Assembly (NCBI GenBank): GCA_965644495.1
Contig: CBFFSA010000003.1
Span: 496,001-560,000 of the forward strand
DNA: 64,000 bases
Source of the DNA: Perkinsela sp. CCAP 1560/9
Taxonomy: Eukaryota > Protista > Euglenozoa: Kinetoplastea
Reading direction: 5' to 3'
The notes beneath the pieces are model-generated. The model saw only the letters and a program-made list of their open reading frames with translations, searched no databases and had not been told where the DNA came from. Every line of letters begins with the position of its first letter. Position 1 is the first letter of the stretch. The translations under genes were made by a program, and so were the position numbers. Positions 43,154-53,430 of the stretch are shown here, piece after piece.

Positions 43154-44614
43154 ATGAGCTTTGAAACGAAGTCAAAGACACGCTTATCGTTTTTATGGTC
43201 TTTCTTATCTGATGTAAGATTGGTCGTGCCTCTAATCCTTTTTCTGGCTGGATGTTGGAATTCTAACCCACTCTATGGATTATTGAGACCCTTTTCTCCA
43301 CAAAATTTAACATCACCAAATACGTCGGCTCCATATACGCCGCATGAAGGAGTGGAGTTCTCGTGCCCTATCTCTCCGTTTGAAAAATCGTCCTACTCAT
43401 TTTCCTCTCCATCCTCGGGGTTCATTTACGAACGCTTAAACACTGCTCTTCCTACCAGCGAAATAGAAAGGGACATAATTGACCATTGCAGATGTTCTGT
43501 CCAAGACGTCCGAAGACATCACCGTGAAATTCTGGAAAGCCTCAACGTGATCGTCCGACACCCCTATTTTCGTTACTTTCGCGCCGACCTCAACCGTCCG
43601 TGTCCTTTCTGGGCGGTCCAGTTGATTTGTAGCGCCACCGTGGATGGTACCTCCCCATGTACTGTACGAAAGTGTGAGCCCGAGGCGATCCCTGCCTCGC
43701 TGCGCACCGATTGTGGAATGGACTTACCTCCCAGTGACGTCAGCGATATCCCGCTTAACCGTCGCGTCACAGCGTTTCGCAAAATTCCGTGGTCCAATGG
43801 CCTGGAGGACACAACAGCTAGTCCGTGTCCCGAAAAAGCGGAGTACGTCGATCTGGTACTTAACCCAGAATCCAATACTTATTACACTGGGGCGCTCGCC
43901 AGTAATGTCTGGCGCACGATCTATGAGGACAATTGTTTTCGCTCCGAAAATTCCTCACAGTTATGCACACAAGAACTTTTGTACTACCAACTGCTCAGTG
44001 GGCTGCATACTTCGATTTCAGTCCATTTGTGCGGCAAGTATCATCCGCTGTGTCCCGCAACACAAAGAACGGATGAACCCGTTGTGATTGATCATGACAC
44101 GGAGTGGGAATGGAACTTACAAGAATTTCGTCGTCGTGTGGGTGATCACAAGGACCGCATCCGTAACCTTCACATACTTTACCTCTTTGTGATGCGTGCG
44201 GTAAGCAAATCCCGGACAGCCTTACTCTCGGCAAATTACAGTCAAGGTAGTATTCCGTGTTCAGAAGACATTCATGTGCTTCGTCAGATGGAAAGACTCT
44301 TATCTGCGCCCTTGCTTTGCATTGACCCGTTTAACGAAGTGGAAGTTTTGAAATCAAGTTCTCCATCTGTAAATTTCGTGAAAGAAATGAATTTGAAGCT
44401 ACAAAATGTTACACGAATTATGGATTGTCTGAGCTGTGAAAAATGCAGACTGTGGGGAAAGGTTCAACTGCTAGGACTGAATGCGGCCGTTCGGATTGTG
44501 CTTTCGAATGAAGCCCCGCATCTTGGCAGATCGGAGCTAATATCTCTGATAAACCTTTTTCGTCAAATCAGCGATTCTATTCATCGGTCAGAGATGATGT
44601 CAGCTCAATTATGA
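43154..44614 (+). CDS. ERO1: ER oxidoreductin 1
   Basis: YFRYFRADLNRPCPFW, YVDLVLNPESNTYYTG, LSGLHTSI, NVTRIMDCLSCEKCRLWGKVQ (CxxCxxC); N-terminal hydrophobic segment. Confidence 0.92.
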   Translation: MSFETKSKTRLSFLWSFLSDVRLVVPLILFLAGCWNSNPLYGLLRPFSPQNLTSPNTSAPYTPHEGVEFSCPISPFEKSSYSFSSPSSGFIYERLNTALPTSEIERDIIDHCRCSVQDVRRHHREILESLNVIVRHPYFRYFRADLNRPCPFWAVQLICSATVDGTSPCTVRKCEPEAIPASLRTDCGMDLPPSDVSDIPLNRRVTAFRKIPWSNGLEDTTASPCPEKAEYVDLVLNPESNTYYTGALASNVWRTIYEDNCFRSENSSQLCTQELLYYQLLSGLHTSISVHLCGKYHPLCPATQRTDEPVVIDHDTEWEWNLQEFRRRVGDHKDRIRNLHILYLFVMRAVSKSRTALLSANYSQGSIPCSEDIHVLRQMERLLSAPLLCIDPFNEVEVLKSSSPSVNFVKEMNLKLQNVTRIMDCLSCEKCRLWGKVQLLGLNAAVRIVLSNEAPHLGRSELISLINLFRQISDSIHRSEMMSAQL

Positions 44615-44841
44615 CTTTTTACAGTGGGTGGAGGGGGTTTATAGTCAATTTTCTATGGCGTGCTGATTGGTTGCTTTTTGTAGTCAATGGTTTGGTACGA
44701 AGTCGAACAAATCGAAATACATGTGCACAATTACGCACATTATTAAGTCAGATAATCGTTCCTTTATGTGCTACAATCATGGTACACTTTATATGTTAGT
44801 ATTCGGTGCATATGAGTATCTATTCATTTCAATCTTAATTC

Positions 44842-46482
44842 ATGACTGGTGCAAAAGACACAGTATCGGAAGAGTTCCAATCGCTTCTAAACCATGAAGA
44901 ATATGGAGAACTTAAATCCCGATTGGCTTCGACAATTACGGAAACCTGTACTCCGTTTTTGAGGTTCCAGACACAATATAACCTTTCCTTATGTGAATTC
45001 CGGAGTGGAGCTCATCAGGAAATATCTAGCCGACCTAATCGAATCGTTCCATTAAGCGTCTTTACCAAAGATGCTACAAACCTGCCCACTGTTCATAATG
45101 ATTCGTGGTGTTGTATCGAATACCCAGGACACGAGCTTGTGCAGTACAATGAAGCTTTGATGTTATATGAGAATTTGTGGTACGACCTTGCGCTCGCCCG
45201 ATTGCGACCTTTGTTTCATTTTAGAGAACACTTGCCCCCAGATTCGACTCTTCGTATTGCACTTCTCATGTTAGGGACTTTGATTGCTCAAAGAAATGTG
45301 AATCACGATGACACCGAAATTTTGTTACAGTTCTTAAGCTCTGAGCGGAAACGTATGAATGCACTTGACGAGAGTGAAGGTAGTGACATGTCCTTCACTT
45401 ATCAGCTGCAACTTAAAGCTGTAGCGCTGCTGCGTTCATACGGAAAGACGTCGAAGAGTGAAAAAGCTTCTTCTACATCTGAATTCACAGACGCACTAGC
45501 CTTATATTCCCGTTCACTGCACGCGGATCTGAAAGGCATCACTGCATCATCGAAAGGAAATAAATTGGCGGTCCTGTACTCTCATATAGCTACATCCTAC
45601 ACGATCTTGGGAACACCAAATCTGGCTGAGACTTTTTTGTATCAAGCTCAAGCGCTTGCAAGTAGCGCATCGCTACGTGGCGTTATGCTGTTCGCACTGT
45701 CGCGCTTGCGCTACGACAATCAGGATTACAAGAATTGCCTGTCAATGCTTCGGCACTCGTCCGAGCTTTTGCCACTAAATGTACAAAATCTACTTTATGA
45801 GGCTCTACTTTGCTGTGATAGAGAGAAATGGGATCGAAGATCAAACACTTCCGCCGTTGAGATGAAGAGCGAAAAGTCAGCGTGCTTGAACAAAGCAAAG
45901 AAAATCACGGCTGTACTCGTAAACGAATTGGACCATAAAGAGCGTTGGCTAGAAGATGCGGAGTGTGCAATTGAAAGAAGTCATGAAAAAATTCGCCAAC
46001 TCCAAACTCTTTACAATCCAGACGTCTCCGCTCCTGAGTGGGCAAATATTTGCGTGTCGTATCAAAATGAGACTGCGCTGATCTCAGCCTACATGGCTCT
46101 TCGGAAATCGAGCTTTACGTCGGCACTTTGGCATGCGAAACAAGTGCTTCATCAGAGAAATGTAAATATTAAACATACTTCACGAGCCTTGTTGTACTGT
46201 TCAGAAGCTCTAGTCATGATGTCTCGAATTCCAGAGGCCCTGGAAATGCTTTTGCAAGTTCCTATAGACACTTGGGTTAAAGGGTCTAAACAAGAAAAAG
46301 AATGGCTAGATTGTGATTCCGGACTTCTTCGGAGGGCTTTAGCCCTCCTTTCACTTTGTCTTGTATTTGAAGACGAGACAGAAAAAGCCAAGCTGCTGAT
46401 TCAGGCTACAAATTTTGAATTTAGTAAGCCTGTACAAAGGTTTATTGATCATTTCTTTCAGATAAATGAAAGTGCCATGTGA
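44842..46482 (+). CDS. CNOT10: TPR protein, probable CCR4-NOT subunit CNOT10
   Basis: YNEALMLY...ALARLRPLF, SAYMALR...ALWHAKQVL, LLYCSEALVMMSRIPEALEML resemble CNOT10 conserved blocks. Confidence 0.6.
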   Translation: MTGAKDTVSEEFQSLLNHEEYGELKSRLASTITETCTPFLRFQTQYNLSLCEFRSGAHQEISSRPNRIVPLSVFTKDATNLPTVHNDSWCCIEYPGHELVQYNEALMLYENLWYDLALARLRPLFHFREHLPPDSTLRIALLMLGTLIAQRNVNHDDTEILLQFLSSERKRMNALDESEGSDMSFTYQLQLKAVALLRSYGKTSKSEKASSTSEFTDALALYSRSLHADLKGITASSKGNKLAVLYSHIATSYTILGTPNLAETFLYQAQALASSASLRGVMLFALSRLRYDNQDYKNCLSMLRHSSELLPLNVQNLLYEALLCCDREKWDRRSNTSAVEMKSEKSACLNKAKKITAVLVNELDHKERWLEDAECAIERSHEKIRQLQTLYNPDVSAPEWANICVSYQNETALISAYMALRKSSFTSALWHAKQVLHQRNVNIKHTSRALLYCSEALVMMSRIPEALEMLLQVPIDTWVKGSKQEKEWLDCDSGLLRRALALLSLCLVFEDETEKAKLLIQATNFEFSKPVQRFIDHFFQINESAM

Positions 46483-46937
46483 CGTACTTTATTTTCTAAT
46501 TGAAACGTAATCTCCACCGCCGCTCGAAAATCATTCGTGGTCATTTTTTCACACTATATGCCGCAACACCTAGATCAGATGAGAAATATTAGTATATAAA
46601 AGTAATTAAAGTCAGTATCAAAAGTTATGACATGCAATACATTTCGCTTCAGATTTCTTTCTCGTTTTTTTTTCTTTTCTCGTTAACTTCAGATTTTTTT
46701 CCCGTTAGTTTTTTTGGCGGAGGTCGCGGTATTAAAAATATTACCTAATCGCGTTTACATGGATAAACGTAGTACATACTGTGAAAATATTAGTATATTT
46801 TTTATTAAATTAGCCGCAGAATAACTATAGTAAGAACTGCTATAGTAAGTAGTACTATAGTAAGAACGTGGAGCACGACACTGGAGAACTTTTTTTTTAC
46901 AAAAGATTCTCTTCTAAAAGATTTTCTCTATTACACA

Positions 46938-48107
46938 ATGAAGGGCACATTGCAACTTTTAAAAACATTAGCGGGTCCAAAAGCAAGGTGCACCGGAGGA
47001 GCACACAGCCTAGAATGTACTCCAAAGGCAACTTCGCGCGTTGTTTCCGCCAATTCTGACAAAATACGAGTCCCGCTCAAATCTGACACGACAAAGCCGC
47101 GACCAAACAAAAGTGATAAATCCACCGAAGGAGACACGAACGCCAGTTCAGCAGCCTCGTCCACAGAAAGCGCTGCTGCACGGCGTCACTTTGTCTGGAC
47201 ACCGCGCAGCCGCATTGATTACAGCGTGTTTATTTCCAGTTCAAACTCAAAACGCCAAGATCGCTCCGCGAATCGTAGTGGCTCAGCAAGGGAAGATAAT
47301 GAAGCGGTCCAAGACGCTGCAAACTCCACATCAGGTGAGGAGGCAAGACCTGATAGTCAAGTTGAAGTTTATCAGTCGCATCAGGAGACGCCACCTCCAG
47401 TTGCATTGTCTCGTTTACCTACCTTTGAAGCTTTCGACGAGAAGACTGTTAAACTGGGCACTCAGAATACTTGTTTATCATTGGCGATGACCAAAGAGAA
47501 AGAAAAGAAACAGATGGAGGTCAGAAAAGCGTACCTAAGGGGTGCCGAGGCTTTACGAGATAGTCAAGATCTTTATATTTCGATTGTCAATGAGGTACGA
47601 TCCCGACCGTGGGTCACACTCTTTGGAGAACTTCCGGCTAGTAAGTTCGCTGTTTTCGCAAAGGAGATGCAGCAGCACGGAGATTACTCACAGCATTACC
47701 TCCGCACGCTTTGGAGACAGTTGCCACCAATACAACGTAAGCCATATGTACTTGTGTACGCTTCTGCACAGAAGAAAAAGCTTTACTCTTCGAGACTTGT
47801 GCGAGGGTCCAGAATAACGGCGAAAGCACTTTTTCTGCGAAGCGGGATCGTTCATGTCTCTCAGCAACCGGAGTTTAAACGAACGGGATTGAAAGTCCGC
47901 ATCATGATGCTTCAGCAAGCATGGTCCTACGGTGAAGTTCCGCGAAAGGTTGTGGAGCACTTCGAAACATTAGCAAAGAGTCATAGAGAGCTCATCACTA
48001 GGAATATTCATGAATTGGTTCGCATAAGAATCGGTCAGGTACTAGAGATTCGCAAACAAGAAGAGTTGGCAAGCGAACGTGAATGCGATAGAAAAGAGTT
48101 ATCGTAA
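46938..48107 (+). CDS. Basic protein with two divergent HMG-box-like segments, possible kDNA-packaging (KAP/TFAM-like) protein
   Basis: SKFAVFAKE...LRTLWRQLPPIQRKPY and TAKALFLR...LQQAWS...EHFETLAKSHRE; presequence-like N-terminus. Confidence 0.45.
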   Translation: MKGTLQLLKTLAGPKARCTGGAHSLECTPKATSRVVSANSDKIRVPLKSDTTKPRPNKSDKSTEGDTNASSAASSTESAAARRHFVWTPRSRIDYSVFISSSNSKRQDRSANRSGSAREDNEAVQDAANSTSGEEARPDSQVEVYQSHQETPPPVALSRLPTFEAFDEKTVKLGTQNTCLSLAMTKEKEKKQMEVRKAYLRGAEALRDSQDLYISIVNEVRSRPWVTLFGELPASKFAVFAKEMQQHGDYSQHYLRTLWRQLPPIQRKPYVLVYASAQKKKLYSSRLVRGSRITAKALFLRSGIVHVSQQPEFKRTGLKVRIMMLQQAWSYGEVPRKVVEHFETLAKSHRELITRNIHELVRIRIGQVLEIRKQEELASERECDRKELS

Positions 48108-48425
48108 AAAAAAATCAACTCTTTTGACCTTTGCGTGCCCTGTTCTGTATGCATTTCAGGTGCATTCAGTTATGATATCACGAACTAATATTGCCCGAAA
48201 TTAATATGCATTTTTATGAATACAAGCATCTCCTTTTACAGCTACTACCCTCCGCTCTACTTTGAAATAGTGTAGATGATAATGAGCAATCACTGTTGCT
48301 TCGCTTAAAATTTAAGGGAGTAAGAGGGGCAAAATGATTCGGTGGTAAATAGAACAAATTTTCATTCTTCATCTCAATTTTACTTTACTGTGCACATATT
48401 TTGCGATGCAAAAATATCCAAATTC

Positions 48426-49004
48426 ATGGAAAGCTTTGACGAAACACCGATTGTAGGCATGACAGGTGAGGCATGTACAATGCTCGCGCATGTTATTGTT
48501 GGAATTGCGATGGACACGGTCGAATTGTCTGCCAAACTTAGTGTAAGTTTCAAAAGGAATAAACGAGCCAAAAATTCAAGACCTTTACAGCGTCGTGATG
48601 CTACAGAGACGCAGACATTCCCTTTACAAGTGTCAAAAGCAATAGAACAACCGGCGAAAAGTGCAAAAGGCGGAACATACCCATCAGCTGAGGGATGGCA
48701 AGAAAGAAGAAAAAGCCAAGTGGAATATAAAATCAATTTACTAAATATGCGTGCGCACAATATGTATCAGCCACAATTCAAAAGTCAAATGATACATTTA
48801 GTAAAAGAGCACAAAAAGTATCCCCCTAGCATTGAAAATATCTGTGCATCCTCAAAGCGGATCAGACTTGTTGGCGGTACGGAACAACCTGCAACGCAGC
48901 ATCAGAATTTAGAAGAAGTAATCATAAACGTCATTACGCTTGAAGATATTCGAATTTCTCATAAAGTTTTGCAACAAAGAAGGAATTTCTTTAGACAATT
49001 ATAA
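48426..49004 (+). CDS. Hypothetical protein with possible split histone fold (TAF4/Ada1-like)
   Basis: + strand ORF in a gene slot; GMTGEACTMLAHVIVGIAMDTVELS and C-terminal ITLEDIRIS. Confidence 0.5.
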   Translation: MESFDETPIVGMTGEACTMLAHVIVGIAMDTVELSAKLSVSFKRNKRAKNSRPLQRRDATETQTFPLQVSKAIEQPAKSAKGGTYPSAEGWQERRKSQVEYKINLLNMRAHNMYQPQFKSQMIHLVKEHKKYPPSIENICASSKRIRLVGGTEQPATQHQNLEEVIINVITLEDIRISHKVLQQRRNFFRQL

Positions 49005-49222
49005 AGTTTCGCATAGAGGAGACGTCAAAAAATAGAGGATGAATGCCTACTAGAGGCTAAGTTTTCTTGCTATTCTGTGATATACAGAATATATACAGTA
49101 TGATAGTATCCGTGCATCGGTAAGGTTAATGCTCTACGATTTCCCATGGATATAATTTTGAAGATCATCGCCTATGTTCCCTCACAGTCCAATAGCTCTT
49201 TCCTCCTCATTTTTTTATCTTA

Positions 49223-52200
49223 ATGGCCGACAGTCCGAAAACATTACTGAATTCGAATGAAGATCTGGGAGAGATGTGGAAACTAGTGCCTGCCTTCATA
49301 AGATCAAAAGGCCTGATCCGTCAGCATCTCTCAAGCTTTAATCACTTCATTGAACATGAGATTGCAAAAATTTTGGATGCAAACAGGGAAGTTCGACCTA
49401 CTAAGAACGACAAAATTTTTCTTCGTTACTCGAAGATTCGAGTAGACCCCCCGACGGAACTTGGAAACAATACAACCCGACCAGTAACACCGCAGGAATG
49501 TCGCTTGCGTGACCTGACCTATCTTGGTGGGATTCGAGTACTATACACGTACACTAAGCAAAGTCCTGACGGGAAGATTATAACAAAAACGGGATCCAGC
49601 CGTATTGGAGGAATTCCAATTATGGTACGGTCACACAAATGTTGTCTCCATGGTAAACCGGCAGAACACCTTGTGCGCGCTCAAGAATGTCCTCATGACC
49701 CGGGTGGCTACTTCATAGTAAGTGGTACAGAAAAGGTGATCATGGTGCAGGAACAACAAAGCAAGAATAGAATAATGGTCGAAAAAGATGGGTTCAACCG
49801 CATCTTTGCTACAGTGCATTCCAGCACTCACTTTAGTAAAGGTAGAGCGACAATAGTGGAAAGGAATAGACACCTGTACGTGAAGCACAACAGTCTTGAT
49901 GGTTTAATACCAGTTCTTGTCCTACTGAAGGCGTTCGGTATGGTATGGGAACAAGAGATAGTTCTTAGTGTAGGAACAGCACCCGAATTCTTAGAATTTT
50001 TCGGAAATTGTATCCATGATTGCCACCAGTTAGGAATATTTACTCAAGATCAGGCGCTCAATTATCTAGGCGGTCGCTACACTCGACGTCGTGATTTGGA
50101 CGAGAGAGGGTTTCCTATATCGACAGGAGACTGCGCTGCAGAGTTTCTAGCGAAAGTCTTTCTATGTCACATTCAGGAAGGTGAGGTGTCACGCCACTGG
50201 AACTTTCGATACAAAGCAGTCTACGTGTGTCTTATGATTAGACGCCTCATCAGTGCTATGCATGATGAAAAACTTGTAGACGATAAAGACTTTTTCGGAA
50301 ATAAACGTTTCGAACTTGCCGGTACACTGCTGAGCTACTTATTTGAGGACCAGTTCAAGTTTTACAACAAGGCACTGAGAGATGAAGCTGATCGAGTACT
50401 CTCGAAGCCCAATACAGCAGGTACGTGGGACTTTCCCCGGCATATGGAAAAATGCGACATGGAAAAAGCATTTTGCCGTGCCATATCTTCTGGCCAGTGG
50501 AAGGTTTCTCGCTTCAGTATTGATGTATCCGGAGTGACACAGATTTTAACACGTCAATCCTACATTCATACCGTAGGGATGTTGACTAAGCTTACTTCAA
50601 CGTTTGATAAAACCAGAAAAGTTACTACACCGCGTGCACTGCACGGCAGTCAGTGGGGCTTGATGTGCCCGAGTGACACCCCTGAGGGCGAAAGCATAGG
50701 TATTGTTAAGAACTTTGCTCTTCTTTGTGAGGTCACAAACGATAATGATGAGTTGAAAAACAAGGTTGTTCAGCTGTGTCAGTACCTTGGTGTCGAACTC
50801 TTAGAGTCGGTATCACCAGTGGATGTGAATCAAGAGTGGACTGTCTTCTGCGACGGAGAAGTGATTGGAATTCACCGCTATCCAACTTATCTCATAGATC
50901 AGATCCGAGAGCTCCGACGTCGTGGACGCCTAGACTCCTTCCTTTCCATTTACCGTCAACAGAGTCAACGGGCTGTTCACGTGTCGTGTGATGGTGGACG
51001 TCTCTGTCGACCTGTTTTAATTGTAAAAGAGGGAGTGCCGGTTTTGCAGCCGTACCACTTGCAGCAACTGTCACAACGGCTACGTTCGTTTGACGATTTC
51101 GTTCTTGAAGGCATTATTGAATATCTTGATGCAAACGAAGAGAACGACGCACTGATTGCGGTAAATTTGGCTGATGTGACTACACGACACACCCATCTCG
51201 AAATCGCAAGTTTTCCCTTGCTTGGTACAGTTGCTGGCCTTATTCCCTTTCCTCATCACAATCAAAGTCCTCGTAACACTTATCAGTGTGCAATGGGGAA
51301 GCAAGCACTTGGAGCTCTCGCCTACAATCAACACAAGCGGATAGACACCAACGCCCTTCTCCTTGTCTACCCCCAACGTCCCCTTTGCACCACCCGAACC
51401 CTTGAGCTCACCTCCTTCCACGAACTCGGGGCCGGGATCAACGCCATGGTCGCCGTCATGTCCTACTCCGGCTACGACCTCGAGGACGCCCAAATCCACA
51501 ACGGTACCGCCATCGACCGCGGCTTCATGCGGTGTGTCTCCCTACGAAAAGCCGTCACCCTGGTCCAAGAAAACGAAACCCTTCGTGTCGTCCCCCCCAC
51601 CCACCCGGTACAATCCACCACCCCCGAGGTTGTGACCCCCCCGGACCACGACGACGGGGTCGTGCATGCCGGCACCCGGGTCAAACCCGGAGCCCTGCTT
51701 GCGCAGAAACTGCTCCCCACCTCCACAAGCGCGAACCCCATCGCCTCCCCGCTCCGTTTCGAGGGCCCGCAGCCCGCGGTGGTGGACCGCGTGCTGCTGG
51801 CCCCCACGGAGCCCTGCGGCTCGGTGCTCAAGGTGTTACTCCGGGACACCCGGCGCCCCGAGGTCGGGGACAAGTTCAGCTCCCGGCACGGGCAGAAAGG
51901 GGTGTGCGGGCTGATTGCGTTCCAGCCCGATCTCCCCTTTAATGATCAAGGGATGGCCCCGGATATTATCATGAACCCCCACGGGTTCCCCTCCCGTATG
52001 ACGGTGGGGAAGATGCTGGAGATGCTGTCCGGGAAGGCCGCGGTGCTGAAAGGGGGCGCCGGGGATGGGACCGCGTTCGGGGGGGATACGCTGCAGGACA
52101 TGGGGAAGGACCTGGTGAGGTACGGGTTTAGCTACCATGGGAGGGATGTGTTTTATAGCGGGATTACGGGGGAGGTGTTGCCGGGTTATGTGTTTTACGG

Positions 52201-52597
52201 ACCGATTTACTATCAGAAATTGAAGCATATGGTGATTGATAAGGTGCATGCGCGCGCCCATGGTCCAACCTCGACGTTGACACGGCAACCGATGCAGGGA
52301 CGGAATCGGAATGGGGGGCAACGGCTGGGTGAGATGGAACGGGACTGTTTCGTTGGATACGGTGCCTCCATGTTGCTGCACGAACGAATGTTACTCTCCA
52401 GCGATGCTACTGTGGTGAGTGTGTGTCGTGAGTGTGGTTTTATCGGAGCTCCCGATGCCCCGTGCCCCTACTGCCACAAGACATCGAAATCGGGGAAAAT
52501 CACGATTCCGTATGCATGTAAACTTTTGTTTCAAGAATTGCAAGGCATGGGTATTCGTCCTCGCATTAAGGTCAGAAGTGCTGTTCATGGAATGTGA
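49223..52597 (+). CDS. RPC2: RNA polymerase III second-largest subunit
   Basis: WKLVPAFIRSKGLIRQHLSSFNHF (RPC2-specific), CPSDTPEGE, HHNQSPRNTYQCAMGKQ, GDKFSSRHGQKG, NPHGFPSRMTVG, RLGEMERD, PYACKLLFQEL. Confidence 0.95.
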   Translation: MADSPKTLLNSNEDLGEMWKLVPAFIRSKGLIRQHLSSFNHFIEHEIAKILDANREVRPTKNDKIFLRYSKIRVDPPTELGNNTTRPVTPQECRLRDLTYLGGIRVLYTYTKQSPDGKIITKTGSSRIGGIPIMVRSHKCCLHGKPAEHLVRAQECPHDPGGYFIVSGTEKVIMVQEQQSKNRIMVEKDGFNRIFATVHSSTHFSKGRATIVERNRHLYVKHNSLDGLIPVLVLLKAFGMVWEQEIVLSVGTAPEFLEFFGNCIHDCHQLGIFTQDQALNYLGGRYTRRRDLDERGFPISTGDCAAEFLAKVFLCHIQEGEVSRHWNFRYKAVYVCLMIRRLISAMHDEKLVDDKDFFGNKRFELAGTLLSYLFEDQFKFYNKALRDEADRVLSKPNTAGTWDFPRHMEKCDMEKAFCRAISSGQWKVSRFSIDVSGVTQILTRQSYIHTVGMLTKLTSTFDKTRKVTTPRALHGSQWGLMCPSDTPEGESIGIVKNFALLCEVTNDNDELKNKVVQLCQYLGVELLESVSPVDVNQEWTVFCDGEVIGIHRYPTYLIDQIRELRRRGRLDSFLSIYRQQSQRAVHVSCDGGRLCRPVLIVKEGVPVLQPYHLQQLSQRLRSFDDFVLEGIIEYLDANEENDALIAVNLADVTTRHTHLEIASFPLLGTVAGLIPFPHHNQSPRNTYQCAMGKQALGALAYNQHKRIDTNALLLVYPQRPLCTTRTLELTSFHELGAGINAMVAVMSYSGYDLEDAQIHNGTAIDRGFMRCVSLRKAVTLVQENETLRVVPPTHPVQSTTPEVVTPPDHDDGVVHAGTRVKPGALLAQKLLPTSTSANPIASPLRFEGPQPAVVDRVLLAPTEPCGSVLKVLLRDTRRPEVGDKFSSRHGQKGVCGLIAFQPDLPFNDQGMAPDIIMNPHGFPSRMTVGKMLEMLSGKAAVLKGGAGDGTAFGGDTLQDMGKDLVRYGFSYHGRDVFYSGITGEVLPGYVFYGPIYYQKLKHMVIDKVHARAHGPTSTLTRQPMQGRNRNGGQRLGEMERDCFVGYGASMLLHERMLLSSDATVVSVCRECGFIGAPDAPCPYCHKTSKSGKITIPYACKLLFQELQGMGIRPRIKVRSAVHGM

Positions 52598-52765
52598 ATG
52601 ATGTACCCTGTAACAGGATTCAAAGATCTGTCGTTGTTGTTTCGTTTGTTGATTGGTCGTTGATATTAATATTTAGTGAGAACAATAGTCATTTGCATCA
52701 CTATTCTATTTGTTTTAAGTCTAAGAGATACTTCGTCTTTGTTTTTGTTTTGTATAAAGTTTTGA

Positions 52766-53104
52766 ATGGATCCCGACCATGAGAAGTGTGTATTGGAATT
52801 CTTGAATTCTGTCCGAGATCTTTCATCTGTTACGATTCCCCTCGTGGAGTGCAAAAAAATAGATTACGATGCGCTATCAGCATCTACACGCGCCCGCTTG
52901 GAGGCACTTAAGGCATACACAACAGTTGTTGTATTTTTTTCATACCTTTCTGCTCGGAATATTCCTCCCGATGAATCTTTTGTGAAAGCGATGACCACTG
53001 TTAGAGAATATTTAGCACGTGCTTACGAGGCTGAAACTGCGCCACGCATGAAACTTAACCCCGATGCAGTAAAACGGTTAACGAAGGCACATATACCAAG
53101 ATAA
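52766..53104 (+). CDS. C1D: C1D/Rrp47 nuclear exosome cofactor (Sas10/C1D family)
   Basis: RARLEALKAYT...FFSYLSARNIPP...VREYLARA...KLNPDAVKRL. Confidence 0.75.
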   Translation: MDPDHEKCVLEFLNSVRDLSSVTIPLVECKKIDYDALSASTRARLEALKAYTTVVVFFSYLSARNIPPDESFVKAMTTVREYLARAYEAETAPRMKLNPDAVKRLTKAHIPR

Positions 53105-53430
53105 GTGTAATGATGCTGAATTAAAGATAATTCTGTGCCTTACGTCAACTTGTAAGATATTTATGACAATTTTTTGAACCGCCGATTTTATTCGTTTCAA
53201 TTATCCGCGTGAAAACATTGACTGTAGTCCTGTTTTGGAGAAAATTTTATCTGAGCTTTCTTGTGGTATTTTGGGGAGAACTCTGGAAAATGATCATGGG
53301 AAGACAACTACTTTAATAATCAGTGAAGTCTAGCTCAAAGCTTGAGCTGCATACTCAATATGTAGAACTTCTATTGCATAATATAGTTTTCATGTTTGGA
53401 ATCTAATTCTTCAGAGGAACGTTGTCATAC

